Part shown: positions 10,220 to 22,950 of the stretch, piece by piece
How positions within the stretch are numbered: position 1 is the stretch's first letter
How the letters are laid out: every line of letters starts with the position of its first letter
Assembly: GCA_964016885.1 (NCBI GenBank)
Contig: OZ024743.1
Coordinates: 139,376,001 to 139,440,000, forward strand
Origin: Eledone cirrhosa
Lineage: Eukaryota
Length of the DNA stretch: 64,000 nt
Direction: 5' to 3'
The notes under the pieces: model-generated
Database searches by the model: none
What the model saw: only the letters and a program-made list of their open reading frames with translations
What the model was told of the DNA's origin: nothing
Translations under genes and position numbers: made by a program

Positions 10220-13200
10220 GGTGTTTGGTGCTTGGTGTTTGGTGCTTGGTACTTGGTGCTTGGTGCTTGGAGTTTGGTGTTTGGTGCTTGGTGCTTGGTG
10301 TTTTGTGTTTGGTGTTTGGATTTTGGTGCTTGGTGCTTGGTGCTTGTTGCTTGGTCCTTGGTGTTTGGTGCTTGGTGCTTGGTGTTTGTACTTGGTGCTT
10401 GGTGCTTGGTGTTTGGTTCTTGGTTCTTGGTGTTTGGTACTTGGTGCTTGGTGCTCAGTGCTTGGTGTTTGGTGCTTGGTGCTTGGTGCTTGGTGTTAGG
10501 TGTTTGGTGCTTGGTGTTTGGTGCTTGGTGCTTGGTGTTAGGTGTTTGGTGCTTGGTGCATGGTGTTTGGTGCTTGGTGTTTGGTGTTTGCTGTTTGGTG
10601 TTTGGTGCTTGGTGTTTGGTGTTTGCTGTTTGGTGTCTGCTTTTTGGTGTTTGGTGTTTGCTGTATGGTGTTTGCTGTTTCGTGTTTGGTGTTTTCTGTT
10701 TGGTGTTTGGTGTTTGCTGTTTGGTGTTTGGTCTTTGGTGCTTGGTGTTTGGTGCTTGGTGCTTGGTGTTTGGTGTTTGGTGCTTGGTGCTTGGTGCTTC
10801 GTGTTTGGTGTTTGGTGCTTGGTGTCTGGAGCTTGGTGTTTGGTGTTTGGTGCTTGGTATTTGGTGTTTGGTGCTTGGTGCTTGGTGTTTGGTGCTTGGT
10901 GCTTGGTGTTTGTACTTGGTGCTTGGTGCTTGGTGTTTGGTGCTTGGTTCTTGGTGTTTGGTGCTTGGTGTTTGGTGCTTGGTGCTTGGTGTTTGGTGCT
11001 TGGTGCTTGGTGTTTGGTGTTTGGTGCTTGGTGCTTGGTGCTTGGTGTTTGGTGTTTGGTGCTTGGTGCTTGGTGTTTGGTGTTTGGTTCTTGGTGCTTG
11101 GTATTTGGTGCTTGGTGCTTGCTGCTTGGTGTTTGGTGCTTGGTGATTGATGCTTGGTGTTTGATGCTTGGTGCTTGGTGTTTGGTTTTTGGTGCTAGGT
11201 GCTTGGTGCTTGGTGTTTGGTGCTTGGTGTTTGGTGTTTGCTGCTTGGTGCTTGGGGCTTGGTGTTTGGTACTTGGTGCTTGGTGCTTGGTGTTTGGTGC
11301 TTGGTGCTTGGTGTATGGTGTTTGGTGTTTGGTGCTTGGTGTTTGGTGTTTGGTGCTTGGTGCTTGGTGTTTGTTGCTTGGTACTTGGTTCATGGTGTTT
11401 GGTGCTGGGTGCTTGGTGTTTGGTGCTTGGTGCTTGGTGTTTGGTGTTTGGTGCTTGGTGTTTGGTGTTTGGTGCTTGGTGCTTGGTGTTTGTTGCTTGG
11501 TACTTGGTGCATGGTGTTTGGTGCTGGGTGCTTGGTGTTTGGTGTTTGGTGTTTGGTGCTTGGTGCTTGGTGTTTGGTGTTTGGTGTTTGATGCTTGGTG
11601 TTTGATGCTTGGTGCTTGGTGCGTGGTGTTTGGTGCTTGGTGTTTGTACTTGGTGCTTGGTGTTTTGTGCTTGGTTCTTAGTGTTTGGTGTTTGGTGCTT
11701 GGTGCTTGGTGCTTGGTGTTAGGTGTTTGGTGCTTGGTGCTTGGTGTTTGGTGTTTGGTACTAGGTGCTTGGTGATTGGTGTTTGGCGCTTGGTGCTTGG
11801 TGTTTGGTGTTTGGTGTTTGGTGCTTGCTGCTTGGTGCTTGGTGCTGGGTGGTTGGTGTTTGGTGCTTGGTGATTAGTGTTTGGTGCTAGGTGCTTGGGG
11901 TTTGGTGTTTGGTGCTTGGTGCTTGGTGTTTGGTGCTTGGTGCTTGGTGTTTGGTGCTTGGTGCTTGGTGTTTGGTGTTTGCTGTTTGCTGTTTGGTGTT
12001 TGTTGTTTGGTGTTTGTTGTTTGGTGTTTGCTGTTTGGTGTTTGGTATTTGGTGTTTGCTGTTTGGTGTCTGCTTTTTGGTGTTTGGTGTTTGCTGTATG
12101 TTGTTTGCTGTTTGGTGTTTGGTGTTTGGTGTTTGGTGTTTGGTGCTTGGTGCTTGGTGTTTGGTGCTTGGTGCTTGGTGTTTGGTGCCTGGTGCTTGGT
12201 ACTTGGTGTTTGGTGTTTGGTGCTTGGTGCTTGGTGCTTGGAGTTTGGTGTTTGGTGCTTGGTGCTTGGTGTTTTGTGTTTGGTGTTTGGTTTTTGGTGC
12301 TTGGTGCTTGGTGCTTGGTACTTAGTCCTTGGTGTTTGGTGCTTGGTGTTTGGTGTTTGTACTTGGTGCTGTGTGCTTGGTGTTTGGTTCTTGGTTCTTG
12401 GTGTTTGGTACTTGGTGCTTGGTGCTTGGTGCTTGGTGTTTGGTGTTTGGTGCTTGGTGTTTGGTGCTTGGTGCTTGGTGCTTGGTGCTTGGTGTTAGGT
12501 GTTTGGTGCTTGGTGCTTGGTGTTTGGTGCTTGGTGTTTGCTGTCTGGTGTTTGGTGTTTGGTGTTTGGTGTTTGCTGTTTGGTGTCTGCTTTTTGGTGT
12601 TTGGTGTTTGCTGTATGGTGTTTGCTGTTTGGTGTTTGGTGCTTCGTGTTTGGTGTTTGGTCTTTGGTGATTGGTGTCTGGTGCTTGATGTTTGGTGTTT
12701 GGTGTTTGGTGCTTGGTGCTTGGTGTTTGGTGCTTGGTGCTTGGTGTTTGTACTTGGTGCTTGGTGCTTGGTGTTTGGTGCTTGGTTCTTGGTGTTTGGT
12801 GCTTGGTGTTTGGTGCTTGGTGCTTGGTGTTTGGTGCTTGGTGCTTGGTGTTTGGTGTTTGGTGCTTGGTGCTTGGTGCTTGGTGTTAGGTGTTTGGTGC
12901 TTGGTGCTTGGTGTTTAGTGTTTGGTTCTTGGTGCTTGGTATTTGGTGCTTGGTGCTTGCTGCTTGGTGTTTGGTGCTTGGTGATTGATGCTTGGTGTTT
13001 GGTGCTTGGTGCCCAGTGTTTGGTTTTTGGTGCTAGGTGCTTGGTGCATGGTGTTTGGTGCTTGGTGTTTGGTGTTTGGTGGTTGGTGCTTGGGGATTGG
13101 TGTTTGGTACTTGGTGCTTGGTGCTTGGTGTTTGGTGCTTGGTGCTTGGTGTTTGGTGTTTGGTGCTTGGTGCTTGGTATTTGGTGCTTGGTGCTTGGTG

Positions 13201-14100
13201 TTTGGTGTTTGGTGCTTGGTGCTTGGTGTTTGGTGCTTGGTGCTTGGTGCTTGTTGTTTGGTGATTGGTGCTTGGTGCTTGGTGTTTGGTGTTTGGTGCT
13301 TGGGGCTTGGTGTTTGGTGCTGCGTGCTTGGTGCTTGGTGCTTGGTGCTTGGTGCTTGGTGTTTTGTGTTTGGTGTTTGATGCTTGGTGCTTGGTGTTTG
13401 GTGTTTGGTGCTTGGTGTTTGGTGTTTGCTGTTTGCTGTTTGCTGTTTCGTGTTTGCTGTTTGGTGTTTGGTGTTTGGTGTTTGCTGTTAGGTGTTTGCT
13501 GTTTGGTGTTTGGTGCTTGCTGTTTGGTGCTTGGTGTTTGGTGCTTGGTGCTTGGTGTTTGGTGTTTGGTGTTTGGTGCTTGGTGCTTGGGGCTTGATTT
13601 GGTGCTTGGTGCTTGGTGCTTGGTGTTTGGTGTTTGGTGCTTGGTGTTTGGTGCTTGGTGCTTGGTGCTGGGTGTTTGGTGCTTGGTGTTTGGTGCATGG
13701 TGCTTGGTGCTTGTTGTTTGTCGCTTGTTGCTTGGTGCTTGGTGTTTGGTGCTTGGTGCTTGGTGTTTGGTGTTTGGTGCTTGGTGCTTGGTGTTTGGTG
13801 TTTGGTGCTTGGTGTTTGGTGTTTGGTGCTTGGTGCTTGGTGTTTGCTGCTTGGTACTTGGTGCATGGTGTTTGGTGCTTGGTGCTTGGTGTTTGGTGCT
13901 TGGTGTTTGGTGCTTGGTGCTTGGTGTTTGGTGTTTGGTGTTTGATGCTTGGTGTTTTATGCTTGGTGCTTGGTGTTTGGTGCTTGGTGTTTGTACTTGG
14001 TGCTTGGTGCTTGGTGTTTTGTGCTTGGTTCTTGGTGTTTGGTGTTTGGTGCTTGGTACTTGGTGCTTGGTGTTAGGTGTTTGGTGCTTGGTGCTTGGTG
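10220..14100 (+). repeat. Dispersed higher-order copy of ~250-3350 (offset ~9989-10003) continuing as a copy of ~5320-6070 (offset 8031)
   Basis: ORF pairs 1179/11168, 1888/11877 (9989), 2982/12985 (10003), 5582/13613 and 5918/13949 (8031). Shared rare variants include TGCCCAG, TTGTCGC and the 5-nt TTGAT unit. Confidence 0.85.
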
Positions 14101-17100
14101 TTTGGTGTTTGGTCCTTGGTGCTTGGTGCTTGGTGTTTAGTGCTTGGTGCTTGGTGTTTGTTGTTTGGTGCTTTCTGCTTGCTGCTTGGTGTTTGCTGCT
14201 TGGTGCTTGGTGCTTGGTGTTTGGTGTTTGGTGCTAGGTGCTTGGTGTTTGGTGTTTGGTGTTTGATGCTTGGTGTTTGGTGCTTGGTGTTTGGTGCTTG
14301 GTGCTTGGGGCTTGGTGTTTGGTGCTTGGTGCTTGGTGCTTGGTGTTTGGTGCTTGGTGTTTGGTGTTTGGTGTTTGATGCTTGGTGTTTGGTGCTTGGT
14401 GTTTGGTGCTTGGTGCTTGGGGCTTGGTGTTTGGTGTTTGGTGCTTGGTGCTTGGTGTTTGGTGCTTGGTGCTTGGTGCTGGGTGGTTGGTATTTGGTGC
14501 TTGGTGCTTGGTGTTTGGTGCTTGGTGCTTGGTGCTTGGTGTTTGGTGCTTGGTGCTTGGTGCTTGGTCTTTGGTGCTTGGTGTTTGGTGTTTGGTGCTT
14601 GGTGCTTTGTGTTTGGTGCTTGGTGATTAGTGTTTGGTGCTTGGTGCTTGGGGTTTGGTGTTTGGTGCTTGGTACTTGGTGTTTGGCGCTTGGTGTTTGG
14701 TGTTTGCTGTTTGGTGTTTGGTGTTTGGTGTTTGCTGTATGGTGTTTGCTGTTTCGTGTTTGGTGTTTGCTGTTTGGTGTTTGGTGTTTGCTGTTTGGTG
14801 TTTGGTCTTTGGTGCTTGGTGTTTGGTGCTTGGTGCTTGGTGTTTGGTGTTTGGTGTTTGGTGTTTGGTTTTTGGTGCTTGGTGCTTGGTGCTTGTTGCT
14901 TGGTCCTTGGTGTTTGGTGCTTGGTGCTTGGTGTTTGTACTTGGTGCTTGGTGCTTGGTGTTTGGTTCTTGGTTCTTGGTGTTTGGTACTTGGTGCTTTG
15001 TGCTTGGTGCTTGGTGTTTGGTGTTTGGTGCTTGGTGTTTGGTGCTTGGTGCTTGGTGCTTGGTGTTAGGTGTTTGGTGCTTGGTGCTTGGTGTTTGGTG
15101 CTTGGTGTTTGGTGTTTGCTGTTTGGTGTTTGGTGTTTGGTGTTTGCTGTTTGCTGTTTGGTGTCTGCTTTTTGGTGTTTGGTGTTTGCTGTATGGTGTT
15201 TGCTGTTTCGTGTTTGGTGTTTGCTGTTTGGTGTTTGCTGTTTGCTGTTTGGTGTTTGGTCTTTGGTGCTTGGTGTTTGGTGCTCGGTGCTTGGTGTTTG
15301 GTGTTTGGTGCTTGGTGCTTGGTGCTTCGTGTTTGGTGTTTGGTGCTTGGTGTCTGGAGCTTGGTGTTTGGTGTTTGGTGCTTGGTGTTTGGTGTTTGGT
15401 GCTTGGTGCTTGGTGTTTGGTGCTTGGTTCTTGGTGTTTGGTGCTTGGTGTTTGGTGCTTGGTGCTTGGTGTTTGGTGCTTGGTGCTTGGTGTTTGGTGT
15501 TTGGTGCTTGGTGCTTGGTGCTTGGTGTTTGATGTTTGGTGCTTGGTGCTTGGTGTTTGGTGTTTGGTTCTTGGTGCTTGGTATTTGGTGCTTGGTGCTT
15601 GCTGCTTGGTGTTTGGTGCTTGGTGATTGATGCTTGGTGTTTGATGCTTGGTGCTTGGTGTTTGGTTTTTGGTGCTAGGTGCTTGGTGCTTGGTGTTTGG
15701 TGCTTGGTGTTTGGTGTTTGCTGCTTGGTGCTTGGGGCTTGGTGTTTGGTGCTTGGTGCTTGGTGTATGGTGTTTGGTGTTTGGTGCTTGGTGTTTGGTG
15801 TTTGGTGCTTGGTGCTTGGTGTTTGTTGCTTGGTACTTGGTTCATGGTGTTTGGTGCTGGGTGCTTGGTGTTTGGTGCTTGGTGCTTGGTGTTTGGTGTT
15901 TGGTGCTTGGTGTTTGGTGTTTGGTGCTTGGTGCTTGGTGTTTGTTGCTTGGTACTTGGTGCATGGTGTTTGGTGCTGGGTGCTTGGTGTTTGGTGCTTG
16001 GTGTTTGGTGCTTGGTGCTTGGTGTTTGGTGTTTGGTGTTTGATGCTTGGTGCTTGGTGCTTGGTGTTTGGTGCTTGGTGTTTGTACTTGGTGCTTGGTG
16101 TTTTGTGCTTGGTTCTTTGTGTTTGGTGTTTGGTGCTTGGTGCTTGGTGCTTGGTGTTAGGTGTTTGGAGCTTGGTGCTTGGTGTTTGGTGTTTGGTCCT
16201 TGGTGCTTGGTGTTTAGTGCTTGGTGCTTGGTGTTTGTTGTTTGGTGCTTTCTGCTTGCTGCTTGGCGTTTGGTGCTTGGTGCTTGGTGCTTGGTGTTTG
16301 GTGTTTGGTGCTAGGTGCTTGGTGTTTGGTGTTTGGTGTTTGATGCTTGGTGTTTGGTGCTTGGTGTTTGGTGTTTTGTGCTTGGTGCTTGGGGCTTGGT
16401 GTTTAGTGCTTGGTGCTTGGTGCTTGGTGTTTGGTGGTTGGTGCTTGGTGTTTGGTGTTTGGTGTCTGGTGCTTGGTGCTTGGTGTTTGGTGCTTGGTGC
16501 TTGGTGCTGGGTGGTTGGTATTTGGTGCTTGGTGCTTGGTGTTTGGTGCTTGGTGCTTGGTGCTTGGTGTTTGGTGCTTGGTGCTTGGTGCTTGGTGCTT
16601 GGTCTTTGGTGCTTGGTGTTTGGTGCTTGGTGCTTGGTGCTTGGTGTTTGGTGCTTGGTGATTAGTGTTTGGTGCTTGGTGCTTGGGGTTTGGTGTTTGT
16701 TGCTTGGTACTTGGTGTTTGGTGCTTGGTGTTTGGTGTTTGCTGTTTGGTGTTTGGTGTTTGCTGTTTGCTGTTTGCTGTTTGCTTTTTGGTGTTTGGTG
16801 TTTGCTGTATGGTGTTTGCTGTTTGGTGTTTGGTGTTTGCTGTTTGGTGTTTGGTGTTTGCTGTTTGGTATTTGGTGCTTGGTGTTTGGTGCTTGGTGCT
16901 TGGTGTTTGGTGTTTGGTGCTTGGTGCTTGGTGTTTGGTGTTTGTTGCTTGGTGCTTGGTGCTTGGTGTTTGGTGTTTGGTGTTTGGTGCTTGGTGTCTG
17001 GTGTTTGGTGTTTGGTGTTTGGTGCTTGTTGCTTGGTGCTTGGTGCTTGGGGTTTGGTTCTTGGTTCTTGGTGTTTGGTACTTGGTGCTTGGTGTTTGGT

Positions 17101-20100
17101 GCTGGGTGCTTGGTGTTTGGTGCTTGGTGCTTGGTGCTTGCTGTTTGGTGTTTGGTGCTTGGTGCTTGGTGTTTGGTGTTTGGTGTTATATGCTTGGTGT
17201 TTGATGCTTGGTGCTTGGTGCTTGGTATTTGGTGTTTGGTGCTTGGTGTTTGTACTTGGTGCTTGGTTCTTGGTTCTTGGTGCTTGGTGCTTGGTGCTTG
17301 GTGCTTGGTGTTTGGTGCTTGGTGTTTGGTGCTTGGTGTTTGGTGCTTGGTGCCTGGTGCTTGGTGCTTGGTGCTTGGTGTTTGGTGCTTGGTGTTTGGT
17401 GCTTGGTGTTAGGTGTTTGGTGCTTGGTGCTTGGTGTTTGGTGTTTGGTGCTTGGTGTTTGGTGCTTGGTGCTTGGTGTTTGGTGTTTGGTGCTTGGTGT
17501 TTGGTGCTTGGTACTTGGTGCTTGGTGCTTGGAGTTTGGTGTTTGGTGCTTGGTGCTTGGTGTTTTGTGTTTGGTGTTTGGTTTTTGGTGCTTGGTGCTT
17601 GGTGCTTGTTGCTTGGTCCTTGGTGTTTGGTGCTTGGTGCTTGGTGTTTGTACTTGGTGCTTGGTGCTTGGTGTTTGGTTCTTGGTTCTTGGTGTTTGGT
17701 ACTTGGTGCTTGGTGCTCGGTGCTTGGTGTTTGGTGCTTGGTGCTTGGTGCTTGGTGTTAGGTGTTTGGTGCTTGGTGTTTGGTGCTTGGTGCTTGGTGC
17801 TTGGTGTTAGGTGTTTGGTGCTTGGTGCATGGTGTTTGGTGCTTGGTGTTTGGTGTTTGTTGTTTGGTGTTTGGTGCTTGGTGTTTGGTGTTTGCTGTTT
17901 GGTGTCTGCTTTTTGGTGTTTGGTGTTTGCTGTATGGTGTTTGCTGTTTCGTGTTTGGTGTTTGCTGTTTGGTGTTTGGTGTTTGCTGTTTGGTGTTTGG
18001 TCTTTGGTGCTTGGTGTTTGGTGCTTGGTGCTTGGTGTTTGGTGTTTGGTGCTTGGTGCTTGGTGCTTCGTGTTTGGTGTTTGGTGCTTGGTGTCTGGAG
18101 CTTGGTGTTTGGTGTTTGGTGCTTGGTATTTGGTGTTTGGTGCTTGGTGCTTGGTGTTTGGTGCTTGGTGCTTGGTGTTTGTACTTGGTGCTTGGTGCTT
18201 GGTGTTTGGTGCTTGGTTCTTGGTGTTTGGTGCTTGGTGTTTGGTGCTTGGTGCTTGGTGTTTGGTGCTTGGTGCTTGGTGTTTGGTGTTTGGTGCTTGG
18301 TGTTTGGTGCTTGGTGTTTGGTGCATGGTGCTTGGTGCTTGTTGTTTGTCGCTTGTTGCTTGGTGCTTGGTGTTTGGTGCTTGGTGCTTGGTGTTTGGTG
18401 TTTGGTGCTTGGTGCTTGGTGTTTGGTGTTTGGTGCTTGGTGTTTGGTGTTTGGTGCTTGGTGCTTGGTGTTTGCTGCTTGGTACTTGGTGCATGGTGTT
18501 TGGTGCTTGGTGCTTGGTGTTTGGTGCTTGGTGTTTGGTGCTTGGTGCTTGGTGTTTGGTGTTTGGTGTTTGATGCTTGGTGTTTTATGCTTGGTGCTTG
18601 GTGTTTGGTGCTTGGTGTTTGTACTTGGTGCTTGGTGCTTGGTGTTTTGTGCTTGGTTCTTGGTGTTTGGTGTTTGGTGCTTGGTACTTGGTGCTTGGTG
18701 TTAGGTGTTTGGTGCTTGGTGCTTGGTGTTTGGTGTTTGGTCCTTGGTGCTTGGTGCTTGGTGTTTAGTGCTTGGTGCTTGGTGTTTGTTGTTTGGTGCT
18801 TTCTGCTTGCTGCTTGGTGTTTGCTGCTTGGTGCTTGGTGCTTGGTGTTTGGTGTTTGGTGCTAGGTGCTTGGTGTTTGGTGTTTGGTGTTTGATGCTTG
18901 GTGTTTGGTGCTTGGTGTTTGGTGCTTGGTGCTTGGGGCTTGGTGTTTGGTGCTTGGTGCTTGGTGCTTGGTGTTTGGTGCTTGGTGTTTGGTGTTTGGT
19001 GTTTGATGCTTGGTGTTTGGTGCTTGGTGTTTGGTGCTTGGTGCTTGGGGCTTGGTGTTTGGTGTTTGGTGCTTGGTGCTTGGTGTTTGGTGCTTGGTGC
19101 TTGGTGCTGGGTGGTTGGTATTTGGTGCTTGGTGCTTGGTGTTTGGTGCTTGGTGCTTGGTGCTTGGTGTTTGGTGCTTGGTGCTTGGTGCTTGGTCTTT
19201 GGTGCTTGGTGTTTGGTGTTTGGTGCTTGGTGCTTTGTGTTTGGTGCTTGGTGATTAGTGTTTGGTGCTTGGTGCTTGGGGTTTGGTGTTTGGTGCTTGG
19301 TACTTGGTGTTTGGCGCTTGGTGTTTGGTGTTTGCTGTTTGGTGTTTGGTGTTTGGTGTTTGCTGTATGGTGTTTGCTGTTTCGTGTTTGGTGTTTGCTG
19401 TTTGGTGTTTGGTGTTTGCTGTTTGGTGTTTGGTCTTTGGTGCTTGGTGTTTGGTGCTTGGTGCTTGGTGTTTGGTGTTTGGTGTTTGGTGTTTGGTTTT
19501 TGGTGCTTGGTGCTTGGTGCTTGTTGCTTGGTCCTTGGTGTTTGGTGCTTGGTGCTTGGTGTTTGTACTTGGTGCTTGGTGCTTGGTGTTTGGTTCTTGG
19601 TTCTTGGTGTTTGGTACTTGGTGCTTGGTGCTTGGTGCTTGGTGTTTGGTGTTTGGTGCTTGGTGTTTGGTGCTTGGTGCTTGGTGCTTGGTGTTAGGTG
19701 TTTGGTGCTTGGTGCTTGGTGTTTGGTGCTTGGTGTTTGGTGTTTGCTGTTTGGTGTTTGGTGTTTGGTGTTTGCTGTTTGCTGTTTGGTGTCTGCTTTT
19801 TGGTGTTTGGTGTTTGCTGTATGGTGTTTGCTGTTTCGTGTTTGGTGTTTGCTGTTTGGTGTTTGGTGTTTGCTGTTTGGTGTTTGGTCTTTGGTGCTTG
19901 GTGTTTGGTGCTCGGTGCTTGGTGTTTGGTGTTTGGTGCTTGGTGCTTGGTGCTTCGTGTTTGGTGTTTGGTGCTTGGTGTCTGGAGCTTGGTGTTTGGT
20001 GTTTGGTGCTTGGTGTTTGGTGTTTGGTGCTTGGTGCTTGGTGTTTGGTGCTTGGTTCTTGGTGTTTGGTGCTTGGTGTTTGGTGCTTGGTGCTTGGTGT

Positions 20101-22950
20101 TTGGTGCTTGGTGCTTGGTGTTTGGTGTTTGGTGCTTGGTGCTTGGTGCTTGGTGTTTGATGTTTGGTGCTTGGTGCTTGGTGTTTGGTGTTTGGTTCTT
20201 GGTGCTTGGTATTTGGTGCTTGGTGCTTGCTGCTTGGTGTTTGGTGCTTGGTGATTGATGCTTGGTGTTTGATGCTTGGTGCTTGGTGTTTGGTTTTTGG
20301 TGCTAGGTGCTTGGTGCTTGGTGTTTGGTGCTTGGTGTTTGGTGTTTGCTGCTTGGTGCTTGGGGCTTGGTGTTTGGTACTTGGTGCTTGGTGCTTGGTG
20401 TTTGGTGCTTGGTGCTTGGTGTATGGTGTTTGGTGTTTGGTGCTTGGTGTTTGGTGTTTGGTGCTTGGTGCTTGGTGTTTGTTGCTTGGTACTTGGTTCA
20501 TGGTGTTTGGTGCTGGGTGCTTGGTGTTTGGTGCTTGGTGCTTGGTGTTTGGTGTTTGGTGCTTGGTGTTTGGTGTTTGGTGCTTGGTGCTTGGTGTTTG
20601 TTGCTTGGTACTTGGTGCATGGTGTTTGGTGCTGGGTGCTTGGTGTTTGGTGCTTGGTGTTTGGTGCTTGGTGCTTGGTGTTTGGTGTTTGGTGTTTGAT
20701 GCTTGGTGCTTGGTGCTTGGTGTTTGGTGCTTGGTGTTTGTATTTGGTGCTTGGTGTTTTGTGCTTGGTTCTTTGTGTTTGGTGTTTGGTGCTTGGTGCT
20801 TGGTGCTTGGTGTTAGGTGTTTGGAGCTTGGTGCTTGGTGTTTGGTGTTTGGTCCTTGGTGCTTGGTGTTTAGTGCTTGGTGCTTGGTGTTTGTTGTTTG
20901 GTGCTTTCTGCTTGCTGCTTGGCGTTTGGTGCTTGGTGCTTGGTGCTTGGTGTTTGGTGTTTGGTGCTAGGTGCTTGGTGTTTGGTGTTTGGTGTTTGAT
21001 GCTTGGTGTTTGGTGCTTGGTGTTTGGTGTTTTGTGCTTGGTGCTTGGGGCTTGGTGTTTAGTGCTTGGTGCTTGGTGCTTGGTGTTTGGTGGTTGGTGC
21101 TTGGTGTTTGGTGTTTGGTGTTTGGTGCTTGGTGCTTGGTGTTTGGTGCTTGGTGCTTGGTGCTGGGTGGTTGGTATTTGGTGCTTGGTGCTTGGTGTTT
21201 GGTGCTTGGTGCTTGGTGCTTGGTGTTTGGTGCTTGGTGCTTGGTGCTTGGTCTTTGGTGCTTGGTGTTTGGTGCTTGGTGCTTGGTGCTTGGTGTTTGG
21301 TGCTTGGTGATTAGTGTTTGGTGCTTGGTGCTTGGGGTTTGGTGTTTGGTGCTTGGTACTTGGTGTTTGGTGCTTGGTGTTTGGTGTTTGCTGTTTGGTG
21401 TTTGGTGTTTGCTGTTTGCTGTTTGCTGTTTGCTTTTTGGTGTTTGGTGTTTGCTGTATGGTGTTTGCTGTTTGGTGTTTGGTGTTTGCTGTTTGGTGTT
21501 TGGTGTTTGCTGTTTGGTATTTGGTGCTTGGTGTTTGGTGCTTGGTGCTTGGTGTTTGGTGTTTGGTGCTTGGTGCTTGGTGTTTGGTGTTTGTTGCTTG
21601 GTGCTTGGTGCTTGGTGTTTGGTGTTTGGTGTTTGGTGCTTGGTGTCTGGTGTTTGGTGTTTGGTGTTTGGTGCTTGTTGCTTGGTGCTTGGTGCTTGGG
21701 GTTTGGTTCTTGGTTCTTGGTGTTTGGTACTTGGTGCTTGGTGTTTGGTGCTGGGTGCTTGGTGTTTGGTGCTTGGTGCTTGGTGCTTGCTGTTTGGTGT
21801 TTGGTGCTTGGTGCTTGGTGTTTGGTGTTTGGTGTTATATGCTTGGTGTTTGATGCTTGGTGCTTGGTGCTTGGTATTTGGTGTTTGGTGCTTGGTGTTT
21901 GTACTTGGTGCTTGGTTCTTGGTTCTTGGTGCTTGGTGCTTGGTGCTTGGTGCTTGGTGCTTGGTGTTTGGTGCTTGGTGTTTGGTGCTTGGTGTTTGGT
22001 GCTTGGTGCCTGGTGCTTGGTGCTTGGTGCTTGGTGTTTGGTGCTTGGTGTTTGGTGCTTGGTGTTAGGTGTTTGGTGCTTGGTGCTTGGTGTTTGGTGT
22101 TTGGTGCTTGGTGTTTGGTGCTTGGTGCTTGGTGTTTGGTGTTTGGTGCTTGGTGTTTGGTGCTTGGTACTTGGTGCTTGGTGCTTGGAGTTTGGTGTTT
22201 GGTGCTTGGTGCTTGGTGTTTTGTGTTTGGTGTTTGGTTTTTGGTGCTTGGTGCTTGGTGCTTGTTGCTTGGTCCTTGGTGTTTGGTGCTTGGTGCTTGG
22301 TGTTTGTACTTGGTGCTTGGTGCTTGGTGTTTGGTTCTTGGTTCTTGGTGTTTGGTACTTGGTGCTTGGTGCTCGGTGCTTGGTGTTTGGTGCTTGGTGC
22401 TTGGTGCTTGGTGTTAGGTGTTTGGTGCTTGGTGTTTGGTGCTTGGTGCTTGGTGCTTGGTGTTAGGTGTTTGGTGCTTGGTGCATGGTGTTTGGTGCTT
22501 GGTGTTTGGTGTTTGCTGTTGGTGTTTGGTGCTTGGTGTTTGGTGTTTGCTGTTTGGTGTCTGCTTTTTGGTGTTTGGTGTTTGCTGTATGGTGTTTGCT
22601 GTTTCGTGTTTGGTGTTTGCTGTTTGGTGTTTGGTGTTTGCTGTTTGGTGTTTGGTCTTTGGTGCTTGGTGTTTGGTGCTTGGTGCTTGGTGTTTGGTGT
22701 TTGGTGCTTGGTGCTTGGTGCTTCGTGTTTGGTGTTTGGTGCTTGGTGTCTGGAGCTTGGTGTTTGGTGTTTGGTGCTTGGTATTTGGTGTTTGGTGCTT
22801 GGTGCTTGGTGTTTGGTGCTTGGTGCTTGGTGTTTGTACTTGGTGCTTGGTGCTTGGTGTTTGGTGCTTGGTTCTTGGTGTTTGGTGCTTGGTGTTTGGT
22901 GCTTGGTGCTTGGTGTTTGGTGCTTGGTGCTTGGTGTTTGGTGTTTGGTG
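13670..22950 (+). repeat. Higher-order tandem duplication, unit ~4.63-4.66 kb (junction ~18295)
   Basis: ORF pairs 13949/18577, 14077/18705, 14630/19258, 15648/20276 (offset 4628), then 16315/20971 and 17811/22467 (4656). Confidence 0.9.
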